This document shows positions 1 to 14,200 of a stretch of DNA of 41,827 nt, piece by piece. Within the stretch, counting starts at the first letter, position 1, and each line of letters begins with the position of its first letter. The notes under the pieces are model-generated. The model was not told the origin of the DNA and did no database searches. It saw nothing but the letters and a program-made list of their open reading frames with translations. Origin of the DNA: Candidatus Marinamargulisbacteria bacterium (lineage in GTDB: Bacteria; Margulisbacteria; Marinamargulisbacteria; SXXA01; JAHFDB01); assembly GCA_964202165.1 (NCBI GenBank), contig CAXNHA010000001.1, forward strand, positions 1 to 41,827, written 5' to 3'. Made by a program: the position numbers and the translations under genes.

Positions 1-1273
1 ACCCTTGCCGCGCATGATCTGGATTATCTGATCGTTTGATCATCTCAATGACCTCATCTATATGATGAAGGGCAATCCGAAGGCCTTCCAAAATATGCTG
101 CCGGTCCTGAGCTTGTTTGAGATCATATTGGGTTCTTCTGCCAATGACGTCTCGGCGATGTTCAAGATAATGAGACAAGATTTGCTTAAGGTTAAGCGTG
201 CGAGGAACACCATGCACCAAGGCCACCATATTGATCCCAAACGTGTTTTGAAGAGAGGTATGTTTGTATAGCTGGTTTAAGACCACATCAGGATTGGCAT
301 CTCGCTTAAGCTCGATATAGATTCGCATCCCCCGTCTGTCCGATTCATCACGCAAATCTGTAATATCTGTGATCTTCTTTTCCTGTACCAATTCAGCAAT
401 TTTGATAATCAGGTTGGCTTTGTTTACTTGATACGGCAACTCATGCACAATAATCGCCTGTTTGCCTTTTTTCTTAGACTCTTCGTATGACGTTTTGCTA
501 CGAATGGTAATACTACCTCGCCCAGTATGATAGGCTTGTCGGATACCTTGGTTGCCACAGATGGTTGCCCCTGTTGGAAAATCGGGGCCCGTAATAAACG
601 TCATGAGCTCGTCAATAGACATCTCCGGGTTATCAATCAGTGCCGAAAGCCCATCAATGAGCTCTGGAAGATTATGAGGAGGAATGTTGGTGGCCATACC
701 CACCGCAATCCCAGAGGTCCCATTGAGTAACAACGTAGGCAATCGAGACGGCAACACCGTCGGTTCTTGTAACGATTCATCAAAATTGGGGGTAAAATCA
801 ACCGTATTTTTTTCAATATCTTCCAATAGCGCCATACTAATACGAGACATACGTGCCTCTGTGTACCGCATCGCCGCTGCATTATCCCCATCCACAGATC
901 CGTAGTTGCCTTGGCCATCAATGAGGGTATATCGCAACGAAAAATTCTGAGCCATTCTTACCAAAGAATCATAAACAGCCGTATCGCCATGGGGGTGATA
1001 CCGCCCCAAAACATCCCCCACAATTCTGGCACATTTTTTATAGGCCCGACCCGCTGTAAAACCAGCGTCATACATAGCATACAAAATACGCCGGTGAACG
1101 GGCTTAAGCCCATCACGCACATCAGGCAACGCTCTGTTGACAATAACAGACATGGCGTATTCCAAAAAAGAGGTCTTCATTTCCTGGTCAATGGTAATTT
1201 GAGGTCGAGTAGAGATGGCCGTATCTTGGGCTTGTTCTGGTTCTGGTTCAAACAAAGAGGGTTGCTCTTCCAT
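1..1273 (-). CDS. gyrA: DNA gyrase subunit A, N-terminal ~424 codons (3' end runs off the left edge of the window)
   Basis: Missing from the supplied ORF track because the frame has no stop inside the window. Reverse complement from the ATG at 1273-1271 reads [14 protein letters not shown]...[27 protein letters not shown]...[26 protein letters not shown]...[14 protein letters not shown]...[19 protein letters not shown] and stays open to position 1. These are canonical GyrA motifs, including the catalytic Tyr in AAMRYTE. The gene starts 11 nt after the gyrB stop. Confidence 0.93.
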   Translation of the reverse strand, partial: MEEQPSLFEPEPEQAQDTAISTRPQITIDQEMKTSFLEYAMSVIVNRALPDVRDGLKPVHRRILYAMYDAGFTAGRAYKKCARIVGDVLGRYHPHGDTAVYDSLVRMAQNFSLRYTLIDGQGNYGSVDGDNAAAMRYTEARMSRISMALLEDIEKNTVDFTPNFDESLQEPTVLPSRLPTLLLNGTSGIAVGMATNIPPHNLPELIDGLSALIDNPEMSIDELMTFITGPDFPTGATICGNQGIRQAYHTGRGSITIRSKTSYEESKKKGKQAIIVHELPYQVNKANLIIKIAELVQEKKITDITDLRDESDRRGMRIYIELKRDANPDVVLNQLYKHTSLQNTFGINMVALVHGVPRTLNLKQILSHYLEHRRDVIGRRTQYDLKQAQDRQHILEGLRIALHHIDEVIEMIKRSDNPDHARQG

Positions 1274-1284
1274 AAATCGCTCCT

Positions 1285-3273
<1,989 letters not shown>

Positions 3274-3321
3274 CTAAAATAAAACCCAAGACAGTGTAGC
3301 AAAACTCAACCATAAAAGGAA

Positions 3322-4014
3322 CTAAAATCGCAAGGACATCGCCACCTTAAAGATACAAAACACCTGTGTTTGGGGATGACAAAAACCCAATGAGTATGCC
3401 TGAAGCAATTGCGAGGTTTCGTGAATCCCTTTTTTTTTACCATAAACGCTATCCCCTACCAAAGGATGTCCAATATGAGACAAATGAACTCGGATTTGGT
3501 GCATCCTACCCGTTATGGGTTGTACATCAAGCAATGTTTTTGTTCCCCATCTTTGCAACACGTGAATGTAGGTACAAGAGGCTTTTGTGTTTTCATGATG
3601 AGAAGGCGCTACCGCCATCTTTTTTACCCCATTGCGACGTACCAGTGCATACTCCAAGCACCTATCATCTTCCAAAACATTCCCCCTAACCATGGCATAG
3701 TATTTTTTCTTGACAGTGCGATTTTTAAAGGCCTCTCTCAATCTCAGATAACTCTCTTGTGTTTTTGCAACAACCATTAACCCTTCTGTATGCTTGTCCA
3801 ATCGATGGACCAAGCCAGGTCGAGAGGCTTCTCCCACGTCTTTTAATGGAGGAAAATATCCAACCAACTGATCACAAAGCGTTTGTTGCTCCCTCACACT
3901 TTCTCCCCCATGTACCACAAGCCCAGTGGGTTTATCCAGCACCATCAACCATGCATCTTCATACAAGATATTCACGACTTTACCCGTTTGGAGAGGATAT
4001 CTAGTAAAAAACAA
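3322..4014 (-). CDS. RluA/RluD-family pseudouridine synthase, catalytic domain only (no N-terminal S4 domain)
   Basis: 230-aa ORF with ILYEDAWLMVLDKPTGLVVH and the catalytic-Asp motif HRLDKHTEGLMVVAKT, followed by HQIRVHL. lspA followed by rluD is classic synteny. The first 43 nt overlap the 3' end of lspA. Confidence 0.8.
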   Translation of the reverse strand: MFFTRYPLQTGKVVNILYEDAWLMVLDKPTGLVVHGGESVREQQTLCDQLVGYFPPLKDVGEASRPGLVHRLDKHTEGLMVVAKTQESYLRLREAFKNRTVKKKYYAMVRGNVLEDDRCLEYALVRRNGVKKMAVAPSHHENTKASCTYIHVLQRWGTKTLLDVQPITGRMHQIRVHLSHIGHPLVGDSVYGKKKGIHETSQLLQAYSLGFCHPQTQVFCIFKVAMSLRF

Positions 4015-4433
4015 GCGATTCCTATATCAATCATCACATCGGCAACATTAAAAACTGGAAAAATATGAATGTAGATAAAATCTATCACGTATCCATGTGC
4101 AACACGGTCAATCAAATTTCCAAGTGTGCCACTCACCAGCCAAGACACACCGTATGCCGACCATTTGGACTCCACCCAGAATGACCTAAACCCCAGCAAT
4201 ATCCCCAAAATGAGAATACTGCTAGCAATCAAAATCACACGTTGGTGTTGAAATAACCCATAAGCAGCTCCATGGTTGTAAACCAATTGCAACCACAAAA
4301 CAGGATCAAGCACAACAAGAGGCCTCACAAAAGACAAGGATCCATTTGCCCACCATTTGCTGACTTGATCAACCAAGACCCCGCCTACAACAAGTCCTAC
4401 ATACCCAAACCGCTTCACTACCTTCCCAAACAC
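3972..4433 (-). CDS. lspA: Lipoprotein signal peptidase (signal peptidase II)
   Basis: 153-aa polytopic ORF with LspA motifs NHGAAYGLF, GNLIDR and FPVFNVADVMI. Confidence 0.9.
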   Translation of the reverse strand: MFGKVVKRFGYVGLVVGGVLVDQVSKWWANGSLSFVRPLVVLDPVLWLQLVYNHGAAYGLFQHQRVILIASSILILGILLGFRSFWVESKWSAYGVSWLVSGTLGNLIDRVAHGYVIDFIYIHIFPVFNVADVMIDIGIACFLLDILSKRVKS

Positions 4434-4846
4434 TGCATGATAGTTGTTACAAACAGCCCTATATCCATATCTTTACCCTGAAAAAAAAAGAATGTAATTG
4501 CAACCACAACCAACAAAATTCCAATCGAAAATCCAATACCTCGCAAAATCCCTACCAAAAAATTTAAGATCAATACCCGAGATGGATTGGACACCAACAT
4601 CACAAGCTCATCAAATTGAGATTTTTGAAAAATAGAAACCAAGAGCCTTACACTGTGATTAAACTCTTCAACAATAGCCAATTGCTTTGGAGATTTTCGA
4701 CTGTCCTCTGCCAGTTGTTGCTTTCGAGTATCAAATTCTTCTTTGGCTTTGAGGGCCTCTTCCGATACCACTTGTTTTTTTCTAGACAATTGCTGAATAG
4801 CCGACAACAACATATCTTCTTGAGGAAGCTCCTCTTTTTTATCCAT
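4418..4846 (-). CDS. Small membrane protein, DUF5665-like (charged coiled N-terminal half, C-terminal TM hairpin)
   Basis: 142-aa ORF. The C-terminal part, LVSNPSRVLILNFLVGILRGIGFSIGILLVVVAITFFFF, resembles from memory the conserved core of DUF5665 proteins. It overlaps pgk by 8 nt and lspA by 16 nt, so it is very likely translated. Confidence 0.5.
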   Translation of the reverse strand: MDKKEELPQEDMLLSAIQQLSRKKQVVSEEALKAKEEFDTRKQQLAEDSRKSPKQLAIVEEFNHSVRLLVSIFQKSQFDELVMLVSNPSRVLILNFLVGILRGIGFSIGILLVVVAITFFFFQGKDMDIGLFVTTIMQCLGR

Positions 4847-6034
4847 TATCCTGCTCCAACGCTACCAATCCTGGCAGTTCTTTTCCTTCTAAAAATGCCA
4901 AAGACGCTCCTCCTCCTGTGGATATATGGGTCACACGTGCAGAAAGCCCTGCTTGATTGAGAGCCGCTACAGAATCTCCACCACCTACAACCGTGGTGGC
5001 ATCCAATCCGGCCATAACTTGTGCAACGGCAAGCGTCCCTTTCGCAAAAAATGGGTTTTCAAAAATCCCCAATGGCCCATTCCAGATCACAGTCTTAGCC
5101 AAGGACAATACATTGGCAATACAAGCCACTGTATGTGGCCCTATATCCACCCCAATATCTTGGGGCCCAATAGCATCTGTTGCAACAACACGAAACCCTT
5201 CTTTTGCCTCTACTGAATCCGCAACCACATGGTCAGAGGGAAACAGTACTTTTGTTGCACAATGAGCGGCTTCTTCCAAAAATTTTTTGGCTTCATCCAC
5301 TTTATCCACTTCACACAACGAGCATCCGATTTCATATCCTTGCGCCTTAAAAAAAGTAAAGGCCATACCGCCCCCAATAACCAACGTATCTACCTTGCCC
5401 AATAAATGACGCAAAATGCCTATTTTTGATGATATTTTTGATCCGCCAATGATCCCCACAAACGGTCGTTTTGGCTGTTCACATATATGCTTTAAAGCCT
5501 GAATTTCTTTCTGAACCAAAAATCCAACTGCAGCGGGTAAAAAATGGGGAATACCCACTGTGGACGCATGGGCTCGGTGCAAGGTACCAAAGGCATCCTG
5601 AACAAAAAATTGACCATACTGAGATAATTGTTCTGAAAAGCCTAGATCATTGTTAACTTCATGGGAATAAAACCGAAGATTTTCCAACAAAATAACCTCT
5701 CCTGCTTGGAGGGCCTCAACTTTATTTTTGGTCTCTACCCCAAGACAATCTGAAGCAAACACCACTTTTTTTTTCAACAAAACAGAAAGCCTCTCAGCGA
5801 CAGGTGCCAAGCTCAATGCATGATCCACACCTTTTGGTTGCCCAAGATGGGATATCACAACCACCCGACACGCCCGATCTATAAGATATTGAATAGTGGG
5901 AATAGCCGCTAAAATTCGTGTATCATCCGTGATCCGGACACAATCCATAGGGACATTGAGATCCAAGCGAACCAAGACAAACGCACCTTGATATGTCGCC
6001 GCCGGAATATCCTGAACAAAACGAAAGCCCTTCA

Positions 6035-6035
<1 letters not shown>
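4839..6035 (-). CDS. pgk: Phosphoglycerate kinase
   Basis: 398-aa ORF with typical Pgk sequence (VLVRLDLNVPM, HRAHAST, GGGMAFTF, STGGGASLEFLEG-like end). Its start overlaps the gap stop by 1 nt. Confidence 0.95.
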
Positions 6036-7148
<1,113 letters not shown>

Positions 7149-7157
7149 GATAACATC

Positions 7158-7697
7158 TTAATCTGACTTGGTTTTTATCTGGATGGTTGCCATCAAATCC
7201 AAAAAAGCCTTGTTGCGAATAACAGGCCTCAAGTCTTTGAGGGCCACATAATAACCGCAACCGTCATACACATGACCGTGTTGGATAAAAGCACTCAAGG
7301 GATATTGCCGACAAAACAAGGGACGATCTTGGTAGTGACGACATCGGTTGTTTTTTGTCAGCCATTGGCATGAGAATGAAACGATTTTTTCAGGATTTGT
7401 GCGATGATAGTGTGGAAGAAAAGAATCATATTTTGAATACGGTTGCATGAGGCGTTGGTAGTCTTTTTGTGTTCCCACCACCTGTCCTTGGCATACCAAT
7501 TCAATACGACGACAACACATACCCGAATGCTGGCATGCGCCTGCAATATAAAAAAGCTCGCACTTCATCCATTGCCACAAAATAGCTCTATAACGTTCTT
7601 TTTTTAGCACAACCTCATTGAGTAAAAACAACGTATACAGCCCATAGAATATCCATGGATTTGATTTTGGAGAATGCAGGTACGCATCAAAATGCAT
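7158..7697 (-). CDS. YkgJ-family (UPF0153, CxxCxxCC-type) cysteine-cluster protein with a hydrophobic N-terminus
   Basis: 179-aa ORF with cysteine clusters CELFYIAGACQHSGMCC and FSCQWLTKNNRCRHYQDRPLFCRQYP. The second matches the C-x-F-L...C-x-I-Y-x-x-RP-x-x-CR-x-[FY]P signature of PF03692. Its ATG (7697-7695) overlaps the TAA of the giant ORF (7699-7697) by 1 nt. Confidence 0.65.
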   Translation of the reverse strand: MHFDAYLHSPKSNPWIFYGLYTLFLLNEVVLKKERYRAILWQWMKCELFYIAGACQHSGMCCRRIELVCQGQVVGTQKDYQRLMQPYSKYDSFLPHYHRTNPEKIVSFSCQWLTKNNRCRHYQDRPLFCRQYPLSAFIQHGHVYDGCGYYVALKDLRPVIRNKAFLDLMATIQIKTKSD

Positions 7698-8290
7698 TAT
7701 TTTTTCAAAGCGTCTAATCGACCTAGAATAGCCTGTATTTCTGCTTGCTGTTCTTTGTAGGTGTGTTGAAAGTCTGTTTGCATCTTAGTCCGTTGAGCCT
7801 GCAGGTCTTTTAAGGCATTCTCGGTTTGCCTGACTTGATCCAAATGCGGTACCAAATCTGGCGTGCTAAACGCAAACCCAACTGCTGTCAGCACGTGGGC
7901 CACGTCTTGGCTACCAGCGGAAGACTCTTCCCACGCTGTACCAACAATAAAGGGTATTTGCTCCATCTGAATGGCTTTTGGCGACACAGCAACCCCTGTA
8001 CCATCCTCACGCCCTGATGGGACAATATAGTCCCCTTGGTGCACAATCCCTCGTACAGCCACGGGAACTTGCCCAAAAAATGCAATCAATTCATAGTCTT
8101 TTTCTTTGGCAGACCCTGGCCAATTACCCACCACACCAGGTGCCGTACTTTTGACCATAATATGCTGGGCAAACCGGGTAGACTTTGAGACTTTTCCATT
8201 GTATACCCCCACCAGATCTCCTTTTTGGATAACCTCGGATGCAACCTGTCTTTGTAGATACTCTGCGTAGTCTTTGGCACTGGTTGTATA
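7697..8290 (-). other. C-terminal non-repeat domain (starts SAKDYAEYLQ) plus a terminal ~55-aa coiled coil of the giant protein
   Basis: The sequence is SAKDYAEYLQRQVASEVIQKGDLVGVYNGKVSK...GVVGNWPG...YELIAFFGQVPVAVRGIVHQGDYIVPSGREDGTGVAVSP...IVGTAWEES. It is followed by the heptad-like LDQVRQTENALKDLQAQRTKMQTDFQHTYKEQQAEIQAILGRLDALKK. It is clearly distinct from the repeat body. Confidence 0.5.
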
Positions 8291-11200
8291 GCTCACCCCA
8301 TACCTAGAGGTACCAACCGTGCTATCCGTCCCCACAATAGCACCCGCCTTGTTTTGCGGTGAAGGGCCATAATAAAAAGACATATACGTCGTATTGCCAG
8401 GAGTCCCATTCAGATTATACAAAGCAAGCGCATCAGCCCCCTGGCCTTGGGTTTGGATGATCATGGCATGAGAGGAGAGCCGATCTGATTTGTCTACCGT
8501 ATCTCCTCGCACATGAAGTCTAGCCAATGGAACAAAGGCTGTATCTATTCCATTGGATATCCCAACATTTCCCGTTGTATTGACCTGAAAAACAGGTTTG
8601 AAGTCACTTCCAACAGACCCATCTCCAGTATACCCTACCGCAAATCGACTTGGTTGGGATGCAGAAGACAAGTTTTTTCCAATACCTACCCTCAATTCGG
8701 ACTGCATATCCTTCGAATTGTAACGTGTCATCCATAAAGGCACCCCATTGTCCGAATTATAACTAGAACTCATATCTGGACCGCCTGAAAAATACAAGAC
8801 ACTACCATATGCGACAGGCGACTGTGGGGAAGTAGCAGCAAAAACCCTTCCCAATCTCATATCCCCATTGATGTGCAAGGTCTCAGAAGGATCGGTCAAT
8901 CCAATCCCAACACGGCCAGAGGCTCCCGCTGCTTGCACCACCAATCCAACCGCACTTGTTTGGGAAGAATCTTGCACCGAAAAGCCCATCTTCCCATTTC
9001 CATAACCCTTCAAGAAGATCCCACTCCCATCTGTCAACCCAAACCGTGCAATGTCGGTCGGGGTACTATTACCCAAATCCCTTGCTACCACATGCAAGGG
9101 TGCCAGCGGATTAGAGATCCCAATTCCCACATACCCCCCTATAAAATCTGCTGCAACTCTAGATCCGTCATAGCCATTGAGCACCGTAGCTCCTACGCCC
9201 GTCACATCTACTCTTAACCCTGTACTGGTCGCTCCGTTGTACACAGAGTACGGTCGTCCATATTTGGTATACGTATCTGCTGCAAGGGTTATGCCAACAC
9301 CCGTCACATCACTTGTCATATCATTTGCAACTGTCACTGCAACAACTTGACCCGTTACCGCTTTTGTATCTGTATTGACTGTTAAAAAAGATTTTAATGT
9401 GCCTGTTAAATTGAGGGTTGAAATAGAAATATCCCCAGAGGTAACTTGGATGGACGTTGCCATCAATGCCCCCTTAACGTGTAGATTGGTAGAAGGCAGA
9501 CTTGTCCCTACTCCCACATATCCGTCTTTAGCAGATACAACAAAAGCATCTTTTGGAAGACTCCCGTTGAGGCCAACCGACTGAATCTTAAATATAGTCC
9601 CTGTGGACTCTGTTGATTTGATATGCAGGTTAGCTGAAGGATACATATCTGCCTTCGAAATACCCACACGCCCATCCGGGCTAAAACTCATGACATTTGT
9701 CACTTGATTCGAAGCGCTGAGAAATTGAAACGTCATATTTCTTGTAGAACTTGACCATAGAGTAGGCATCGACCCTCCGGAGAGTGTATTGATTCCGAAG
9801 AAAAGAGAGCTGTTACCACCTTTGGATGCAACCAAAAACCCTTTGGAATCTTGTCCAATCGACGTAACTGAAGCATCAGAAAACCCTTGTGAGATAAAGC
9901 TACCAGAAAAAACCACACCCTCAACACTCAAAGGATAGATCGGACTAGAGGTGCCAATGCCAACCATCCCATCAGAACCCACAAAAAAGACATTTTTTTT
10001 AGCAACACTATCGACTTGAAAAAGAGGAACAGTACCAGAGCCTACCACATGCAAAGATGCCGAAGGTGTCATCGTGCCAACCCCCAAAAACCCTTTTTTA
10101 TCAAAGACAAATGCACTGTTATTGGCTCCATAAATACGGAAAGGATCTATGCTACTATCCGAAGCAATTGTCAGCTGGGCATTGGGAACATTAGAGGTGG
10201 TAATACCGATATGCCCATCGTTTCGGGCAAATAAAATTGTTTTTTTTGCCGAAGTTAAGACATGCAATACAGAGTCCCCAGCAATACTGGACTTTGCTTT
10301 AATCGTGAGTTTTGCATCTGGAGAAGGCGTGCCAATCCCCACATACCCTCTATTGGTCACTGTCAGCGCGTATGGGAGAATAGCCCCAGTTGTATCTTTG
10401 GCATCTACTCTAAATGGTGAGTCCGTGAGAGATTCGTTGATCACATGAAGACTAGCTCTTGGTTGAGTCGTCCCCATCCCAACATGGCCCCCCATAAACA
10501 AGGCTGCATATTTGTATCCTGTTTTATTTTGATCACTTGGAAGGGTCTCCGTCGTAGATTGCTTTGCCCTCACTGTGGTCATATCTACCTCAAGTCCTAT
10601 GGCTGTTTCGTTTTCTCCCAACCGTCCAAATTGAAAAGGGTCAGAGGGATTACTCCCTGAAAACTGAATAGCCATCCCTTTAAAAATACCTGTGGATGCT
10701 AGATTACCCGCTCTATCCGTAAAATTCATTTGAATACGCTGTCCATAAATATCGCCAACAGCAGCAGTATTAGGCGTAGAGGCAATGTTCAGTTGCACCA
10801 ATTGATTGGCTGTCCCTACAGAAAACGTCTGTGCATCTGGGTCCCAAGAAAGATTAGCAGAAGAACTGAGATTGCCATCTTTCCCATAAAATGGGATTTT
10901 CTTGGGCATTCCCGCCAGGGATTGTGTGATCTTAGCCACTCCTTTTGGGCCTGATCCACCGCTTGGATACATATAATTCAATTGACCCACGGGATCCACA
11001 TACAAAATACCAGCCCTTGCATCGGGTACCGGTGGAGAGGCCATTTTTGTCAACAACAACCCCGAATTGAGTCTCACCGATCCCGTAACCGACACATCTC
11101 CTTTTACCGCAAGCGTATTATCCATGGTGATAGACATCCCCTTAGTGGTTAACCCTGTTATACGGGAGACCGTCAACTGGTCATCGATAGTCATCGCACC

Positions 11201-14200
11201 TTGGACATACACATTACCAACAACTTCCATAGCATAAGGCTTAACGGGAGGTGAGGTTTTTCCCACAGACAAGGTAGAAAAAGACGCCAAACTAGTCGCA
11301 TTAATCGTCGAAAAAGAACCTGTGGCAACGGTCAATACCCCCCGAATACGCATCGCATTAACCGAAACAGTTTTGGCATACAAGGTATTGACTGTCACTC
11401 CCCCATCAAAATTGACCCGATTGGATACCGTTAATGTATTAAATGTTGCCGAAGTTACCTCTATCCCTCCCGAAAGAAAGAGTTTTGAAGCTCGAACATC
11501 CCCATTCACATGCAGCATACTTTGTGGCTGGATCACCCCAATTCCCACGCTACCGCCAAGAAAAATGGCAGCCCGACGTGTCCCTGTTGTGCCAGAAACA
11601 TCCACATAAAGACCTGTAGCACTTGCGGACGAACCCAAGACCATATCGCTTAAATTAATACTCACGCCAGTTGCCCGCACAACCTGACCAGCCTGACCAA
11701 ACACACTTCCTGGCACTGTTTTTATTGCAAGATCGAGCCCCGTTATGTTCTGATCAAAAAAGAACTGCGTATTTGGTCGGGTCTCTCCAAGAGTGACCTC
11801 AAATTTTTGAGCCGTATACCCCTGACTTTGGCTGTTTGAATCCAACTTTTTAACCAAATGGACATTGACATTGTCACTTGGTAGCGCGGTTCCAATCCCG
11901 ATATTACCAGAAGATGTCACCACAAATTTACCATCTCCTATATCTAATTTTCTAGCAGCCATGGTATCAAATATCCCTACGTTAGCACTCACCGTCCCAT
12001 TCACATCTAGTTCGGAAGAAGGAGAGGCTTTGCCTATACCGACATAGCCATCATTGCGGACAACCATAATGGGATTAAGCGCGCTATTGAGAATGGTGAA
12101 CGCAGATTTTGACGCATCACTGGTTTCTCCCAAAACAGTCAATTTGGCCACAGGGTTAGACACCCCAATCCCAACATGCCCGGATTGAGGAATAGACAGT
12201 GCATAGGCAAGCCCAGGCCCAGTGCCATCCACGCGAAAAGGAGCCATGCCCGGATTGCTCACAACATGCAACGCAGCTTCTGGCGAAGAGGTGCCCATAC
12301 CAACGGACCCTCCCGAAAATAAGGCTGCATATTTTTTACCTTTTTCCAATTTTCCTGAGCTCGTGTACTGCTGGGCACTCAGACGTGTCATGTCCACATA
12401 CAGTCCAATAGCGGTTTCTCCATCTGCCAATCGACCAAACCCAGTGGGATCAGCCGGATTGATACCAGCAAATTGTACAGAAAGCCCTGTGTATACCCGG
12501 CCACTTGAGTTGGATACATTGGATCTGTCTTGAAACCCCAGATAAATTGTTTGTGCCGACAGATTGTCCACAACACTCGCATTCAGGGTAACCCCCACCT
12601 CAAAACGGGTTAATCGATTGGCTGTTCCAATGGTAAATTTGGACATATTAGAATCCCAGAACAAGGGCGCATCATCACTCAAACTTCCCGACGCACCAAA
12701 ATAAGGAATACTCATAGCCCTGCCAAAAAAAGCTGAGGACACATTAATCGGAAAGCCCTGGCCAGGCCGTTGATAATACAAATGATTGTCCACAGCACTC
12801 ACATACAACCCACCATAACCAGATAAAGCAGGCGGAGGAGTCGCCATTCTCTTAAGATAAAGCCCTTTTGAAAACACCATCTCTCGGTTGGAAGAAACAT
12901 TGCCATCAATCTTAACCAGTCCATTGGCAGAAATCACCAAGCCCACACCAGAGCCCACCAGTTTTGGCACTTGCAAATTGCCCAAAACCACTAGATTGCC
13001 ACTCACCCTCATGGTGCCATTCACATCTAATTTGGAAGTGGGATTCACCACACCAATCCCCACGTTGCCATCGTGGGCAATCCTCATGCTTTCTTTAGAC
13101 GGTCCATTGACAGGATCTGTCACAAACACAAGATGTGAACTCGGCAATCCAGAAAAAGAAGAGGCTCTAACAGCAAGGATACCGGACCCTACGGAAGCCG
13201 AAGGGACAGTATCATCTGGGATCAGCAAAATCCCTGTCCCCACCTTCTCCACATTGCTCTTGGTCTGAATACGCAATGCATTCCAGCTATCTGTATTGGC
13301 AGGATCAAACGGAAGCACCTGTGCACCCCCGTATTCTAGATGCAACTTGGACAAGGGCTTATCAGTACCAATGCCAACTCGACCCGAACTCCCGCCTACC
13401 ACGAGATACGAGGTGCCAACCAAAGGATCTCTAATATTAAATGTGGCCGACTCTAATACCAAGGCATCTGTCACCACCAATGATGTGGTTGAAAAATTCC
13501 CAGAAACTCTCAATCCTGAAGCTGGACTTGTGGTCCCAATCCCAACCCCTTGTGAAAAAACTGCCTTGTTTGCCAAAAGAAGATTTTGCACCTCTAGCTG
13601 ACCTGCTATCACATCGCCTGAAAATCTTGCCACCGTTGCATTGATTGTAGAAAAAGTAGCCACAGGGGCACTCAATCCAGATAAAATACGCAACGAATCA
13701 GCGGTAATCTCCTTTAAAACAACCAGTTGATTAACCGTAACCGTCCCATTAAATGTAGCCGCTTGATTGACCACCAAGCGATCAAAAATAGCCTTTGAAC
13801 TCTCAAAATTACCCCTCAACCGCAGATTGGTTACGTTTAAGGTACCTACAACATCCAATGCATATTGAGGACGTGTGGTGCCAATCCCCACAAACCCGCC
13901 ATTAAAGATAGCTGCCACACGTTTTCCAGTTGTTCCAGAAACATCAATATCCAAGCCAGTCACTTTGCTATTGGCTTGAACATTCAGGCTACTCACATTA
14001 ATACGAATACCTGTGGCATTTGCAGCCAAAATATTGGACTGGTCAAACGACTGAAATAGAATATCCAATCCTCGGATATTGTTATTCAGATAAAACACAT
14101 TTCCTGGACGAGCTGCATCAATGGACAAGTCTATTTTTTGAGAGATGACATCCCCCGTCTTAACATCATTAATTTCTGTTTTGATATCCAGCTGTCCTTG

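Noticed and set aside
960-1000. Thr at the GyrA position equivalent to E. coli Ser83 ([11 protein letters not shown]) as a quinolone-resistance mutation
   Set aside because: Thr is the wild-type residue at this position in many bacterial lineages, and the Asp87-equivalent is intact. This is not evidence of acquired resistance.
9993-10247. A8/T8 homopolymers inside the giant ORF (9993-10000 and 10240-10247) as possible slipped-strand phase-variation switches
   Set aside because: Equal or longer A/T runs occur in ordinary housekeeping genes here (T9 at 3430-3438 in rlu, A9 near 4471-4479 in the DUF5665-like gene). All of them encode Lys-Lys-Lys or Phe-Phe-Phe, so this is AT-biased codon usage rather than a dedicated contingency tract.
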